A stretch of DNA of 64,000 nt from an uncultured Actinomycetes bacterium (GTDB lineage Bacteria > Actinomycetota > UBA4738 > HRBIN12): NCBI GenBank assembly GCA_963704725.1, contig OY969934.1:1056001-1120000 (forward strand), read 5' to 3'. Both the position numbers and the translations under genes were made by a program. Shown here piece after piece: positions 30,625 to 40,334 of the stretch. How positions within the stretch are numbered: the stretch's first letter is position 1; every line of letters begins with the position of its first letter. The notes below the pieces were generated by a model. That model was not told the DNA's origin and did no database searches. It worked only from the letters and a program-made list of their open reading frames with translations.

Positions 30625-31449
30625 GTGAGCGGACGGCTGTATCTCGTTGGGACGCCGATCGGCAATCTCGGCGATCTCTCCGACCGTGCGCGCGAGACCC
30701 TCGAGTCCGCCGAGATCGTTGCAGCGGAAGATACTCGAAGGACCGGCCGATTGCTGGCGCACCTCGGGATCAAACGGCCGATGCTCTCGCTGTTCGAGGG
30801 GAACGAGCGCGAGCGGACGAAGCAGCTGCTGGCGCGCCTCCGCGAGGGGAAGGACGTCGCGCTCGTGACCGACGCCGGGATGCCGTCGATCTCCGATCCG
30901 GGATTCGTGCTCGTCCGCGCCTGTGTGGAGGAGGGGATCGACGTCCGGGTCGTCCCCGGACCGTCCGCCGTGACCGCGGCGCTGGCCGTGTCCGGACTGC
31001 CCGTCGACCGGTTCGTGTTCGAGGGATTCCTCCCGCGCCGCGCGGGCGAGCGCCGCCAGCGGCTTCGCGCCCTGGCCCACGACCCGCGAACGGTGGTCGT
31101 GTTCGAGTCGCCGGTCCGCGTGGCGACGCTGCTGCGCGACGTGCTCGTCGAGCTGGGGGACCGGCGGATGGCGCTCGCACGGGAGCTCACCAAGCTCCAC
31201 GAGGAGGTCGTCAGGGGCCGCGTGGCCGAGGTCCTCGCCCGCCTGGCCGACTCCGAGCCCAGGGGCGAGGTGGTCGTGGTGATCGAGGGCCGTCAGGAGG
31301 AGGACGACGACGACCTCCCGGGGATGGTCGCGGAGGCCCGTCACCTCGTGAACGGCGGCATGCGCAAGCGGGAGGCCGCCTCGACCGTCGCCCGCCGCCG
31401 CAACGCCAGCGCCAACGTGATCTACGAGGCGCTGGTCCGGGGGAGCTGA
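30625..31449 (+). CDS. rsmI: 16S rRNA C1402 2'-O-methyltransferase
   Basis: LYLVGTPIGNLGD, AEDTR, DAGMPSISDPG, RELTKLHEE. Confidence 0.95.
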   Translation: MSGRLYLVGTPIGNLGDLSDRARETLESAEIVAAEDTRRTGRLLAHLGIKRPMLSLFEGNERERTKQLLARLREGKDVALVTDAGMPSISDPGFVLVRACVEEGIDVRVVPGPSAVTAALAVSGLPVDRFVFEGFLPRRAGERRQRLRALAHDPRTVVVFESPVRVATLLRDVLVELGDRRMALARELTKLHEEVVRGRVAEVLARLADSEPRGEVVVVIEGRQEEDDDDLPGMVAEARHLVNGGMRKREAASTVARRRNASANVIYEALVRGS

Positions 31450-32300
31450 TGGTGGCGCCGAGCCTCCCCCCGCCCCCGCCGGGTCTCCCCTCCCCGCCGA
31501 TGCCGGCCCCGCCTCCGGGGGCGGGTCGCCGTGGCGGGGCGTGGGGCCCGAGGGTGATGGTGGCGCTCGGGATCGCGCTCCTCGTGGCCCTCGTGGTGGG
31601 CAACGACGGCCTCGGCTCGTCCGTTCAACGTGACCGGGACGCCTCGGAGCGCGACGCCTACTCCTTCGTGGGGGAGACGGCGGCCGGCGCTCCCTATCGG
31701 TGGGACCCGTGCTCGCCGATCCGCTACCAGGTCGACCTGGCCGGGATGCCGGAATCCACGCTCGACGACGTCCGCGAGGCGGTTCGGCTGACGTCGGAGG
31801 CCTCGGGGCTGGCGTTCGAGTTCGACGGGCTCGTCCAGGGCACGTCTCCCGCGGACCTCGTCCGCACGATGGACTTCGTGGCGATCGGCGGGGACGGCTC
31901 GGCGGTGTGGTCGCCGGTGCTGATCACGTTCGGCTCCGAGGCGCTCCTGCGGAGCCTGGACGTCACCGACGCGGCCGGCGTGGCGTTCCCCGTGACGAGC
32001 CGGCTCGACGCCGATCAGCTCGTCAGCGGCCTGATCATCGTCAACACCGACGCGCACCTCGTCCCGGGGTTCGCGAACGCGATGTCGATCGGCCCGGTCC
32101 TGGAGCACGAGCTCGGCCACATCGTCGGCCTCGGTCACGTCCGGGCGCCGTTCGAGCTCATGAACCCGGCCCCGGTGGTCCGCCGGTGGAACGTGGGGGA
32201 CCTCGCCGGGCTGCGGCGTCTCGGCGCCGGATCGTGCCAGGCCGTCCCGGAGGCGTCGTCCTCGACCGCCGGGCTCGTCCCGGGGCGGCCGCCCTCCTAG
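31449..32300 (+). CDS. Matrixin-family Zn metalloprotease, membrane anchored
   Basis: HELGHIVGLGH plus Met-turn; RWDPC. Confidence 0.8.
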   Translation: MVAPSLPPPPPGLPSPPMPAPPPGAGRRGGAWGPRVMVALGIALLVALVVGNDGLGSSVQRDRDASERDAYSFVGETAAGAPYRWDPCSPIRYQVDLAGMPESTLDDVREAVRLTSEASGLAFEFDGLVQGTSPADLVRTMDFVAIGGDGSAVWSPVLITFGSEALLRSLDVTDAAGVAFPVTSRLDADQLVSGLIIVNTDAHLVPGFANAMSIGPVLEHELGHIVGLGHVRAPFELMNPAPVVRRWNVGDLAGLRRLGAGSCQAVPEASSSTAGLVPGRPPS

Positions 32301-32329
32301 CGCGGCACCCCCGCTAGGATGGCCCGACC

Positions 32330-33865
32330 ATGGGCAGGGACGTCTTCTACATCACGACCCCCATCTACTACCCGAACGACGTGCCGCACATCGGCCACGC
32401 GTACACGTCCGTTGCCGCGGACTTCATCGCGCGGTTCCATCGACTCCGGGGCGACGAGGTGTTCCACCTCACGGGGACGGACGAGCACGGGCTCAAGCTC
32501 CAGCGCGCTGCCGAGGCGGCGAGCCAGGACCCCAAGGCCTGGGTCGACGAGATGGAGCCGAGGTGGCGCGAGGTCTGGAGCCGCCTTCGGATCGCCAACG
32601 ACGACTACATCCGAACCACCGAGCCGAGACACGAGCGCGCCGTGGAGCGCCTCCTCCAGGCGGTCCACGACAACGGCCGGGACGACATCTATCTCGGGAC
32701 GTACGAGGGTCTGTACTGCGTCTCCTGCGAGCTCTACTACACGGAGGGCGACCTCGTCGACGGGATGTGCCCCATCCACGGCCGGCCCGTCGAGCGGGTC
32801 ACGGAGGAGAACTACTTCTTCCGACTCTCGGCGTACGGGGACCGGCTCCTCGAGCACTACGAGCGGACCCCTTCGGCCGTCGAGCCGGAGACCCGGCGCA
32901 ACGAGGTGCTCAGCCTGATCCGGGGCGGCCTCCAGGACTTCTCGATCAGCCGGACGAACTTCCGGTGGGGGATCCCGCTCCCGTGGGATCCGGACCACGT
33001 CTGCTACGTGTGGTTCGACGCCCTGACGAACTACATCACGGCCGCCGGCTACGGGACGGATCCTGATCGGTTCGGCCGCGTGTGGCCGGCCGACATCCAC
33101 CTCATCGGCAAGGACATCCTCCGCCAGCACGCCATCTACTGGCCGGCGATGCTCATGGCCGGCGGGGTCGAGCTGCCGACCCAGGTGTGGGCCCACGGGT
33201 TCCTCACGGTGGGCGGACAGAAGATGTCGAAGACCAACGCGACGGGGATCCACCCCTTCGAGCTGACCGACCACTTCGGGGTGGACTCGTACCGCTACTA
33301 CTTCATGCGCGAGATCCAGTTCGGCCAGGACGGCAGCTTCTCCTGGGAGTCGATGGTCGACCGCCACAACGCGGACCTCGCGAACGGGCTCGGCAACCTG
33401 GCGAGCCGGGTGCTGGCCATGCTCGCCACGTCGTTCGACGGCGCGGTTCCTGAACCCGGGGTGGAGGGTGCCGAGTCCGACCTGCCCGCCGTGGTGCGGG
33501 ACGCCGCCCGCACCTACGACGAGCACATGGCGGCGCTCCGGCTCTCGCAGGCGCTCGGCGCGGTGTGGAGCGTGGTCGAGCGGGCCAACCACTACCTGGT
33601 CGAGAAGGAGCCGTGGAAGGTGGCGCGAGAGCCGACGATGCGCGCCGAGCTCTCGGGCGTCCTGTACGCCGCCGCCGAGACGCTCCGGGTCCTCGCGATC
33701 CTGATCTCCCCGATCATGCCGGACGCCGCCGCGCGGCTGTGGGATCAGCTCGGGATCCCCGAACCCCTGGCCGAGCAGCGCCTGACCGCCTCGCGATGGG
33801 GCGGACTGAAGCCCGGGACCATCACGAGCAAGGGCGAGTCCCTCTTCCCCCGCCTCGACTCCTGA
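32330..33865 (+). CDS. metG: Methionine-tRNA ligase
   Basis: HIGH, GTDEHG, YVWFDAL, KMSKT. Confidence 0.97.
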   Translation: MGRDVFYITTPIYYPNDVPHIGHAYTSVAADFIARFHRLRGDEVFHLTGTDEHGLKLQRAAEAASQDPKAWVDEMEPRWREVWSRLRIANDDYIRTTEPRHERAVERLLQAVHDNGRDDIYLGTYEGLYCVSCELYYTEGDLVDGMCPIHGRPVERVTEENYFFRLSAYGDRLLEHYERTPSAVEPETRRNEVLSLIRGGLQDFSISRTNFRWGIPLPWDPDHVCYVWFDALTNYITAAGYGTDPDRFGRVWPADIHLIGKDILRQHAIYWPAMLMAGGVELPTQVWAHGFLTVGGQKMSKTNATGIHPFELTDHFGVDSYRYYFMREIQFGQDGSFSWESMVDRHNADLANGLGNLASRVLAMLATSFDGAVPEPGVEGAESDLPAVVRDAARTYDEHMAALRLSQALGAVWSVVERANHYLVEKEPWKVAREPTMRAELSGVLYAAAETLRVLAILISPIMPDAAARLWDQLGIPEPLAEQRLTASRWGGLKPGTITSKGESLFPRLDS

Positions 33866-34009
33866 ATGAACGTTCCCGCGGACGCGTTTCACGTGGGACC
33901 CATGCCCTCGAGTAGTGGTGCACGGGGCGTGGACACGTCCGGAGGCGGTCGCCTTGCTCGCCGGAGCGCGTTTCGACCCCAGGTCGAGGAAGCCTGAGCG
34001 GGTTGCCCG

Positions 34010-34804
34010 GTGGACGAGCCCAAGCCTGAAGTGTCGGTGGAGAGGACGGCGGTGGATTCGCACTGCCACCTGTTCCTGCTCGAGACGGGGCCAGGGGAGG
34101 CGGTCGAGGAGGCCCGGGAGGCCGGCGTCGGGACGATCGTCTGTCCCGGCATCGACCCCGAGACGAGCCGCCGGTCCGTCGAGCTCGCCGGGTCGCTCGA
34201 CGGGGTGTTCGCCGCCGTCGGGATGCATCCCCACGACGCCGCGCGCTTCGACCCTCGAGCCCGGGCCGAGATCGAGAACCTCCTCGCCGAGCCGCGCGTG
34301 GTGGCGGTGGGGGAGTGCGGGCTCGACTTCTTCCGCATGCACTCGCCGCGAGCCGATCAGGAGCGCGCCTTCCGCACCCAGGTCGCGATGGCGCGTCAGG
34401 CCGACCTCCCGCTCGTGGTCCATGTTCGCGACGCGTGGGACGAGATCCTTCGACTGCTCGATGAGGGTTCGGCCGAGCGCGTGGTGCTCCACTGCTTCAC
34501 GGGGGATGTGGAAATCGCGCGCGCATGCGCCGCGCGCGGTTGGTTCCTCTCGTTCGCAGGGAACATCACGTATCCGAAGAACGCGCATATCCGCGATGCA
34601 GCCGCGGCCGTTCCGTTCGAGCGTGTGCTCGTCGAGACCGACAGTCCGTTCCTCGCGCCGCAGCGGATCCGGGGACACGACAACGCGCCGGCGAACGTCG
34701 TGGACGTGATCGCTGCGATCGCCGCTGCGCGTGCAGAGCCTGTGGAAAACGTGCGCGCGACGACGGCTCGCAACGCCGCCGCGGCGTTCCCGCGCCTCGT
34801 TTGA
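34010..34804 (+). CDS. tatD: TatD-family hydrolase
   Basis: DSHCHL, GMHPH, VGECGLD, ETDSPFLAP. Confidence 0.93.
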   Translation: MDEPKPEVSVERTAVDSHCHLFLLETGPGEAVEEAREAGVGTIVCPGIDPETSRRSVELAGSLDGVFAAVGMHPHDAARFDPRARAEIENLLAEPRVVAVGECGLDFFRMHSPRADQERAFRTQVAMARQADLPLVVHVRDAWDEILRLLDEGSAERVVLHCFTGDVEIARACAARGWFLSFAGNITYPKNAHIRDAAAAVPFERVLVETDSPFLAPQRIRGHDNAPANVVDVIAAIAAARAEPVENVRATTARNAAAAFPRLV

Positions 34805-34832
34805 ACGCCCGAACGAGCGTTCGGACTCAAGT

Positions 34833-34862
34833 TTGCAGTAAGGGTTGAGGGTTTGATACGGT
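34833..34862 (+). promoter_or_regulatory. Housekeeping-type promoter of the rpfB-like operon
   Basis: TTGCAG-N18-TACGGT with TGn extension. Confidence 0.55.
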
Positions 34863-34878
34863 GCCGGTCCGTGCGAGT

Positions 34879-34940
34879 GAAGGCTTCGGTCCGGCCCAGC
34901 CGCTTCCCCCCGAGGCCTTCTTCCGACAGGAGGAAGGTCT
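34879..34940 (+). promoter_or_regulatory. Candidate 5'-UTR RNA switch with mutually exclusive hairpins
   Basis: 34879-34889 pairs with 34910-34920, or 34913-34924 pairs with SD-containing 34929-34940. Confidence 0.55.
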
Positions 34941-36026
34941 ATGCGGGTTCGCCCCTCGCGGGTCCGGAGGCTCCGGGTCCGCAAGGCGATCGGGAACCTG
35001 GCTCTGGCGAGCTCCGTGCTCGCCCTGGCCGGCGGCTACCTCGCGATCCAGAAGAGCGTGACCCTGGTGATCGAGGGGCGGCCGGAGGCCGTTCGCACGA
35101 TGAGCGCGAGCGTCGGGGAGCTCCTCGACTCGCAGGGTATCTCGCTCAGCTCCGACGACCTGGTGGTGCCGTCGCAGGGCACCCCGCTCGTCGACGGGAT
35201 GACGGTCTTCGTGGACCACGGCTTCGTCAGCGCGGCCGCGAGTTGGAGGCCTCCGGATGTGGGGGTCTGGGTGGTGGATGGGGTGACCGGGCCGAGCGCG
35301 ATGCTCTCGGCGCGGAGCACCGAGGACTGGTTCTCCGCGGGAACCTCGGTCGGACAGCGGGCGGTGACGGCGGCACGCGTCGTGGCGATGGGGAAGGACC
35401 ACGACGTGTTGACCAACGCCGGATCCGTCGGCGAGCTCCTCTCGGCCATGGGGATCGAGCCCGACCGTAGCGACCGCGTCCATCCATCACCCAGCACCCC
35501 CCTTCACCCCGACCAGACGGTTCGATACGTCTCCATCGACTACCGGGTCCGGGAGCGCCGCGTCCCGATCCCCTACACCACCTTCAGCGAGTACACGAGC
35601 GACCTTCGCCCCGGCCAGGCGCGTCTGACCCGGGCCGGGGCCGACGGTCTCATGCTCGAGCGCTATCGCATCAAGATCGTGGACGGCCGGGTGGTCACGC
35701 GCGAGCTCCTCATGCGCACCGTGGTGCGTGAGGCGACGCCGGCCCGGCGGCTCGTGGGGCCGGCGGCGACGGCCGCCGACGGACTGCAGCTGGGCGAGGC
35801 GAGCTGGTACTCGTTCGCGCCGGGCGACGGCCTGACGGCGGCGCACCCCTGGCTGCCCTTCGGTACGGTGGTCACCGTCACGAACCTCGCCAACGGCAAG
35901 AGCGTGCAGGTGGTGATCAACGATCGGGGACCGTTCGGGGGGCGCGTCATCGACCTCAGCGCGCAGGCCTTCTCCCGGCTCGCCCCGCTCAGCCAAGGGG
36001 TCTGCCAGGTCCGGCTCACCTGGTGA
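34941..36026 (+). CDS. RpfB/YabE-like protein: DUF348 repeats + G5 + RlpA-type DPBB domain
   Basis: Position between tatD and rsmA; SVGELL repeats; ASWY...[11 protein letters not shown]...INDRGPF..RVIDLS. Confidence 0.85.
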   Translation: MRVRPSRVRRLRVRKAIGNLALASSVLALAGGYLAIQKSVTLVIEGRPEAVRTMSASVGELLDSQGISLSSDDLVVPSQGTPLVDGMTVFVDHGFVSAAASWRPPDVGVWVVDGVTGPSAMLSARSTEDWFSAGTSVGQRAVTAARVVAMGKDHDVLTNAGSVGELLSAMGIEPDRSDRVHPSPSTPLHPDQTVRYVSIDYRVRERRVPIPYTTFSEYTSDLRPGQARLTRAGADGLMLERYRIKIVDGRVVTRELLMRTVVREATPARRLVGPAATAADGLQLGEASWYSFAPGDGLTAAHPWLPFGTVVTVTNLANGKSVQVVINDRGPFGGRVIDLSAQAFSRLAPLSQGVCQVRLTW

Positions 36027-36039
36027 ACGTCCGCCCTCC

Positions 36040-36876
36040 CTGGGGCGGTCGGCGCTCCGGGGGCTGGCCGAGCGCTACGGCGTCCGCCCGACGAAGGCGC
36101 TCGGGCAGAACTTCATCGCCGATCCGAACCTCGCCAGCGCCATCGTGGCCGACGCTGGTGTCGGTGCCGGCGACCCGGTCCTCGAGGTCGGCGCTGGTTT
36201 CGGCTCGATCACCGTGGCGCTGGCGGACGCGGGGTGCGAGGTCCTCGCCGTCGAGTTCGACCGGCAGGTGGCGCCGGCGCTCCGCGAGGTCGTCGCCGGC
36301 CGCCCGGGCGTCCGGGTGGAAGAGGTCGACGCGATGCGGGCGGACTGGCCGGCTCTGCTCGGCGACGGGGTCTGGTCGATGGTCTCGAACCTCCCGTACA
36401 ACATCTCCGTCCCCCTGATCGTGGAGCTCCTCGAGCGCGTCCCCCGGATCCGGCGGTACGTCGTGATGGTGCAGCGAGAGGTCGGGGAGCGGTTCGTCGC
36501 CGGGCCGGGCGACGAGGCCTACGGAACGGTCAGCGTTCGCCTCGCGTATCGGGCCGACACCGAGCTGGTCCGCCGCGTTCCCGCCACCGTCTTCTGGCCT
36601 CGCCCCAAGGTCGACTCGGTGGTCGTGCGGATCGTGCCGCATCCGCCGCGCTTCGACGTCGATCGCGACGCGCTGTTCCGTGTGGTCGAGGAGGGGTTCG
36701 CCGAACGGCGCAAGACGATGGCGAACGCGCTGCGCCGGCTCGGGCTCGGCCTGCCCGACGCGAACCGCGTGCTCGAGGCCACCGGCGTGCTCCCGTCGAC
36801 CCGTGCCGAGGACCTCGGGCTGGAGGCGTTCGCCCGGATCGCCACGACGTTGCTCGAGGAGGGCTGGCGGCCGTGA
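36040..36876 (+). CDS. rsmA: 16S rRNA dimethyltransferase RsmA/KsgA (start non-canonical or frameshifted)
   Basis: KALGQNF, LEVGAGFG, SNLPYNIS, MVQREV, FWPRPKVDS; no in-frame ATG/GTG/TTG near the conserved N-terminus. Confidence 0.9.
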   Translation: MGRSALRGLAERYGVRPTKALGQNFIADPNLASAIVADAGVGAGDPVLEVGAGFGSITVALADAGCEVLAVEFDRQVAPALREVVAGRPGVRVEEVDAMRADWPALLGDGVWSMVSNLPYNISVPLIVELLERVPRIRRYVVMVQREVGERFVAGPGDEAYGTVSVRLAYRADTELVRRVPATVFWPRPKVDSVVVRIVPHPPRFDVDRDALFRVVEEGFAERRKTMANALRRLGLGLPDANRVLEATGVLPSTRAEDLGLEAFARIATTLLEEGWRP

Positions 36877-37736
36877 GGATCGAGCGCGAGGCCAACGCGA
36901 AGATCAACGTGTTCCTGCGCGTCCTGGCGGCCAGGGAGGACGGCTACCACGACCTGGAGAGCCTCGTCGTCCCGATCGCGCTCGCGGACCGGGTCGTCGC
37001 CACGACGGACGACGCGCTCCACGTCGAGACGACCAGTGGCCCGAAGCTCGGCGGTGAGGTTCCGGCCGGCGGGCTCAACCTCGCGCTCGTGGCGGCCCTG
37101 GCCCTGGCCGACGCCTGCCCGAACGCCGGCGGCGCGCGCGTCGAGATCGACAAGCGGATCCCGATCGCCGCGGGACTGGGAGGGGGAAGCGCGGACGCGG
37201 CGGCGACGCTGCTCGCCCTCAACGAGCTGTGGCGATGCGGGCTGGACGTGGCCGGCCTCGCCGACGTGGCGGAGCGGATCGGCTCGGACGTTCCGGCCCT
37301 GCTCACCGGGGGGCCGGTGCTGATGTCGGGACGGGGCGAGCTACTGGCGCCGGCGGAGTGCGCAACGTACTGGTGGGTGGTCGTGAACCTCGGGTTCGGC
37401 GTGCGATCGCCGGACGCCTACCGGTGGTGGGACGAGGACGGCGGCTCGCGAGGCCCGGACCCGGACCTCGTCCTGCGGGCGGCCGCGGGGGGCGACCCCG
37501 AGGTCCTCGGCCCCCTCCTGTTCAACGACCTCGAGCCCTCGGTGATCCGGCGCCACCCGGAGGTGGGAGCGGCCAAGACCCGGCTGAAGGAGCGCGGAGC
37601 CGTGGGCGCCGTGATGACGGGGAGTGGCTCGGCGGTGGTCGGTCTGGCCCGCCACGAGGAGGAGGCCCGGGCCCTCGCTTCCGCGTTCGAGGATGCGGTC
37701 GTGGCGGCGGGACCGCCGGCCACCGTGCGGCGATAA
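36873..37736 (+). CDS. ispE: CDP-ME kinase
   Basis: AKIN, DGYH, IPIAAGLGGGSADAA, GSDVP, MTGSGS. Confidence 0.93.
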   Translation: MRIEREANAKINVFLRVLAAREDGYHDLESLVVPIALADRVVATTDDALHVETTSGPKLGGEVPAGGLNLALVAALALADACPNAGGARVEIDKRIPIAAGLGGGSADAAATLLALNELWRCGLDVAGLADVAERIGSDVPALLTGGPVLMSGRGELLAPAECATYWWVVVNLGFGVRSPDAYRWWDEDGGSRGPDPDLVLRAAAGGDPEVLGPLLFNDLEPSVIRRHPEVGAAKTRLKERGAVGAVMTGSGSAVVGLARHEEEARALASAFEDAVVAAGPPATVRR

Positions 37737-37746
37737 TCCCAACAGA

Positions 37747-37817
37747 TCCGGGGTCGTCTAACGGCAAGACGCGGGCCTTTGGAGCCCTCGATGGAGGTTC
37801 GATTCCTCCCCCCGGAA
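37747..37817 (+). tRNA. tRNA-Gln(TTG)
   Basis: TCCGGGG/CCCCGGA acceptor stem, loop CTTTGGA, GGTTCGATTCC T-arm; no encoded CCA. Confidence 0.92.
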
Positions 37818-37917
37818 CGATCGCGCAGCGCGAGGCCGCCGGGTCTGACCGGCCGCCTTGTCGAGCCCCGGCGTGCGCGGGTACAAAGGGGTGCTCCCGC
37901 CGACCGAGAGGAGCTCC

Positions 37918-39351
37918 GTGGCCAGGCCGACCCGGTCCCGCTCGCTCGCCGCGGTGGTGCTCGCGGCGGGCAAGGGCAAGCGGCTGAAGTCGTCGACACC
38001 GAAGGTGCTCCACCCGGTCTGCGGGCGCCCGTTGCTGTGGTGGACCCTGCGGAGCGTCGTGGCGGCGCGTCCCACCCGGATCGTGATCGTCGTCCACCAC
38101 GGGGCCAACGAGGTGCGCGAGGCGGTTCCCTCGTGGGGCATCCGGCCCGAGCCGGTCTTCGTCGAGCAGGGCGAGGCGCTGGGGACCGGCCACGCCGTCC
38201 TGGCGGCGGAGAAGGCCGTGGGCAGGGTGGGCGAGGTGCTCGTGGCCAACGGCGACTTCGACCCCGTGGAGCCGGCGGACGTCCGGGCCCTGCTCCGGCT
38301 GCACCGGAGCGCGGACGTCGCGGCGACGTTGATCACCACGGAGCTCGACCGGCCGGGGACGTACTCCCGGATCGTCCGGGAGGGCAGACGGCTCGTCGCG
38401 ATCGTAGAGGGGACCGACGCCTCGGCGGCGATGCGGGCGATCCGCGAGGTCGGTACCAACTGGATCGCCTTCCGGCGCCTCGACCTGTTCCGCACGCTTC
38501 CGTCCCTGGGCCGCGACAACCGGCAGGGCGAGTACTACCTGAACGACGTGTTCCACGTCCTCATGGACAAGGGCGAGTCGGTGGCCGCCCTGCCCGTGGA
38601 CACCGGGGGCGTCCTGGGCGCGAACTCGCGGGCCGGGTTCGCCGAGCTGGCGCGCGCGCTGCGCCGGCGGATCAACGCGGGGCACCTGGCGAACGGCGTG
38701 ACGATCCTCGATCCCGAGACCGCGTTCATCGACGTCGGCGTCCGGATCGGACGGGACACGGTGATCCACCCGCTGACGTTCCTGGAGGGCGAGACGCGGA
38801 TCGGACGGGGATGCGAGGTCGGACCCTCGGCCCGCGTCGCCGACTCACGCCTGGGGGACGGCGCGTCCGTCCAGTTCTCCGTCGTCCGGGGGGCGCGGAT
38901 CCGCGCGGGAGCGACCGTCGGCCCCTTCGCCTCGATCCGCCCCGGCACGGACCTGGCGGAGGGGGCCAAGGCCGGGACGTTCGTCGAGATCAAGGCCTCC
39001 ACGGTCGGCCGAGGATCCAAGGTTCCTCACCTGTCGTACGTGGGCGACGCCACGATCGGAGAGGGGACCAACATCGGGGCGGCCACCGTGACCGTCAACT
39101 ACGACGGGTACGAGAAGCACCGCACGACGATCGGGAACAAGGTGCGGATCGGTTCGGATACGATGCTGGTGGCGCCGGTTCGCGTCGGCGACGGGGCTGT
39201 GACGGGAGCGGGATCGGTGATCACCAAGGACGTGCCGCCCGACGCGCTCGCCGTGGAACGTTCGGAGCAGCGGGTGGTGCAGGGCTACCGCCGGCGCAAA
39301 GACGCCGAGGCCGCCGCCCGGAGCGAGCGCAAGGGCAAGGGGGCGCACTGA
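37918..39351 (+). CDS. glmU: Bifunctional GlmU
   Basis: LAAGKGKR, LGTGHA, QGEYYL, hexapeptide repeats, NYDG. Confidence 0.95.
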   Translation: MARPTRSRSLAAVVLAAGKGKRLKSSTPKVLHPVCGRPLLWWTLRSVVAARPTRIVIVVHHGANEVREAVPSWGIRPEPVFVEQGEALGTGHAVLAAEKAVGRVGEVLVANGDFDPVEPADVRALLRLHRSADVAATLITTELDRPGTYSRIVREGRRLVAIVEGTDASAAMRAIREVGTNWIAFRRLDLFRTLPSLGRDNRQGEYYLNDVFHVLMDKGESVAALPVDTGGVLGANSRAGFAELARALRRRINAGHLANGVTILDPETAFIDVGVRIGRDTVIHPLTFLEGETRIGRGCEVGPSARVADSRLGDGASVQFSVVRGARIRAGATVGPFASIRPGTDLAEGAKAGTFVEIKASTVGRGSKVPHLSYVGDATIGEGTNIGAATVTVNYDGYEKHRTTIGNKVRIGSDTMLVAPVRVGDGAVTGAGSVITKDVPPDALAVERSEQRVVQGYRRRKDAEAAARSERKGKGAH

Positions 39352-39352
39352 C

Positions 39353-40330
39353 GTGGAGATCGTCACCAAGAAGAAGCTCATGCTGTTCTCCGGGACGACG
39401 CACCCCGCGCTCGCCGCGGAGATCGCCGACAACCTCGGCGAGCGCATCAGCCCGATCAAGATCTCGCGGTTCGCGTCGGGGGAGATCTACGTCCGCGCCG
39501 AGGACAGCGTGCGAGGCGCCGACGTCTTCATCGTCCAGACGCACGCTGAGCCCATCAACGAGTCGATCATGGAGCAGCTCGTGATGCTCGACGCGATGAA
39601 GCGCGCCAGCGCCAAGCGCATCACCGCGGTCGTGCCGTACTACGGCTACTCGCGACAGGACAAGAAGGGCATGGCGCGCGAGCCGATCAGCGCCAAGCTC
39701 ATCGCCGACCTGCTCACCGCGGCCGGCGCCGACCGCGTCGTCTCGGTCGACCTGCACGCCGGGCAGATCCAGGGCTACTTCGACTTCCCCTTCGACCACC
39801 TCACCGCGCTGCCGGTGCTCACCAACTACCTGCGCGAGGAGCACGGTCTCTACGACGGCGACGTGGTCGTCGTCGCCCCCGACGCCGGCCGTATCAAGAC
39901 GGCCGAGCGCCTGCGCGAGTATCTCCACGCCGACCTGGCGTTCCTCTACAAGCGCCGCTCGCGGACCGAGGCCCACAAGATCGAAGAGATGGCGGTGGTC
40001 GGCGAGGTCGACCGCCGGCCGTGCATCCTCGTCGACGACATGATCGACACCGGCGGGACGGTGGCGCAGGGCGCCTCGGTGCTCGCCCAGCACGGGGCCG
40101 GACCGATCTACGCGGCGGCCACCCACGGCGTGCTCTCGGGCAAGGCGGCCCAGAGCCTCGAGGAGGCTCCGATCCAGGAGGTCGTCGTCACGAACACCGT
40201 GCCGATCCCCGAGGACAAGCAGTTCGGCAAGCTGAAGGTCCTCTCGATCGCGCCGCTGATCGCCGACGCGCTTCGCGCCGTGTTCGAGGAGAGCAGCGTC
40301 TCCGAGATCTTCCACGGCGAGAACCAGTAG
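39353..40330 (+). CDS. prs: Ribose-phosphate pyrophosphokinase
   Basis: PYYGYSRQD, DLHAGQIQG, VDDMIDTGGT. Confidence 0.97.
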   Translation: MEIVTKKKLMLFSGTTHPALAAEIADNLGERISPIKISRFASGEIYVRAEDSVRGADVFIVQTHAEPINESIMEQLVMLDAMKRASAKRITAVVPYYGYSRQDKKGMAREPISAKLIADLLTAAGADRVVSVDLHAGQIQGYFDFPFDHLTALPVLTNYLREEHGLYDGDVVVVAPDAGRIKTAERLREYLHADLAFLYKRRSRTEAHKIEEMAVVGEVDRRPCILVDDMIDTGGTVAQGASVLAQHGAGPIYAAATHGVLSGKAAQSLEEAPIQEVVVTNTVPIPEDKQFGKLKVLSIAPLIADALRAVFEESSVSEIFHGENQ

Positions 40331-40334
40331 CGGC

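Noticed and set aside
34863-34940. ydaO/c-di-AMP riboswitch before the rpfB-like gene
   Set aside because: Leader too short and lacks the GCUGAAUCC...GGGGGA...CAGCUAA consensus; reported as a different switch instead.
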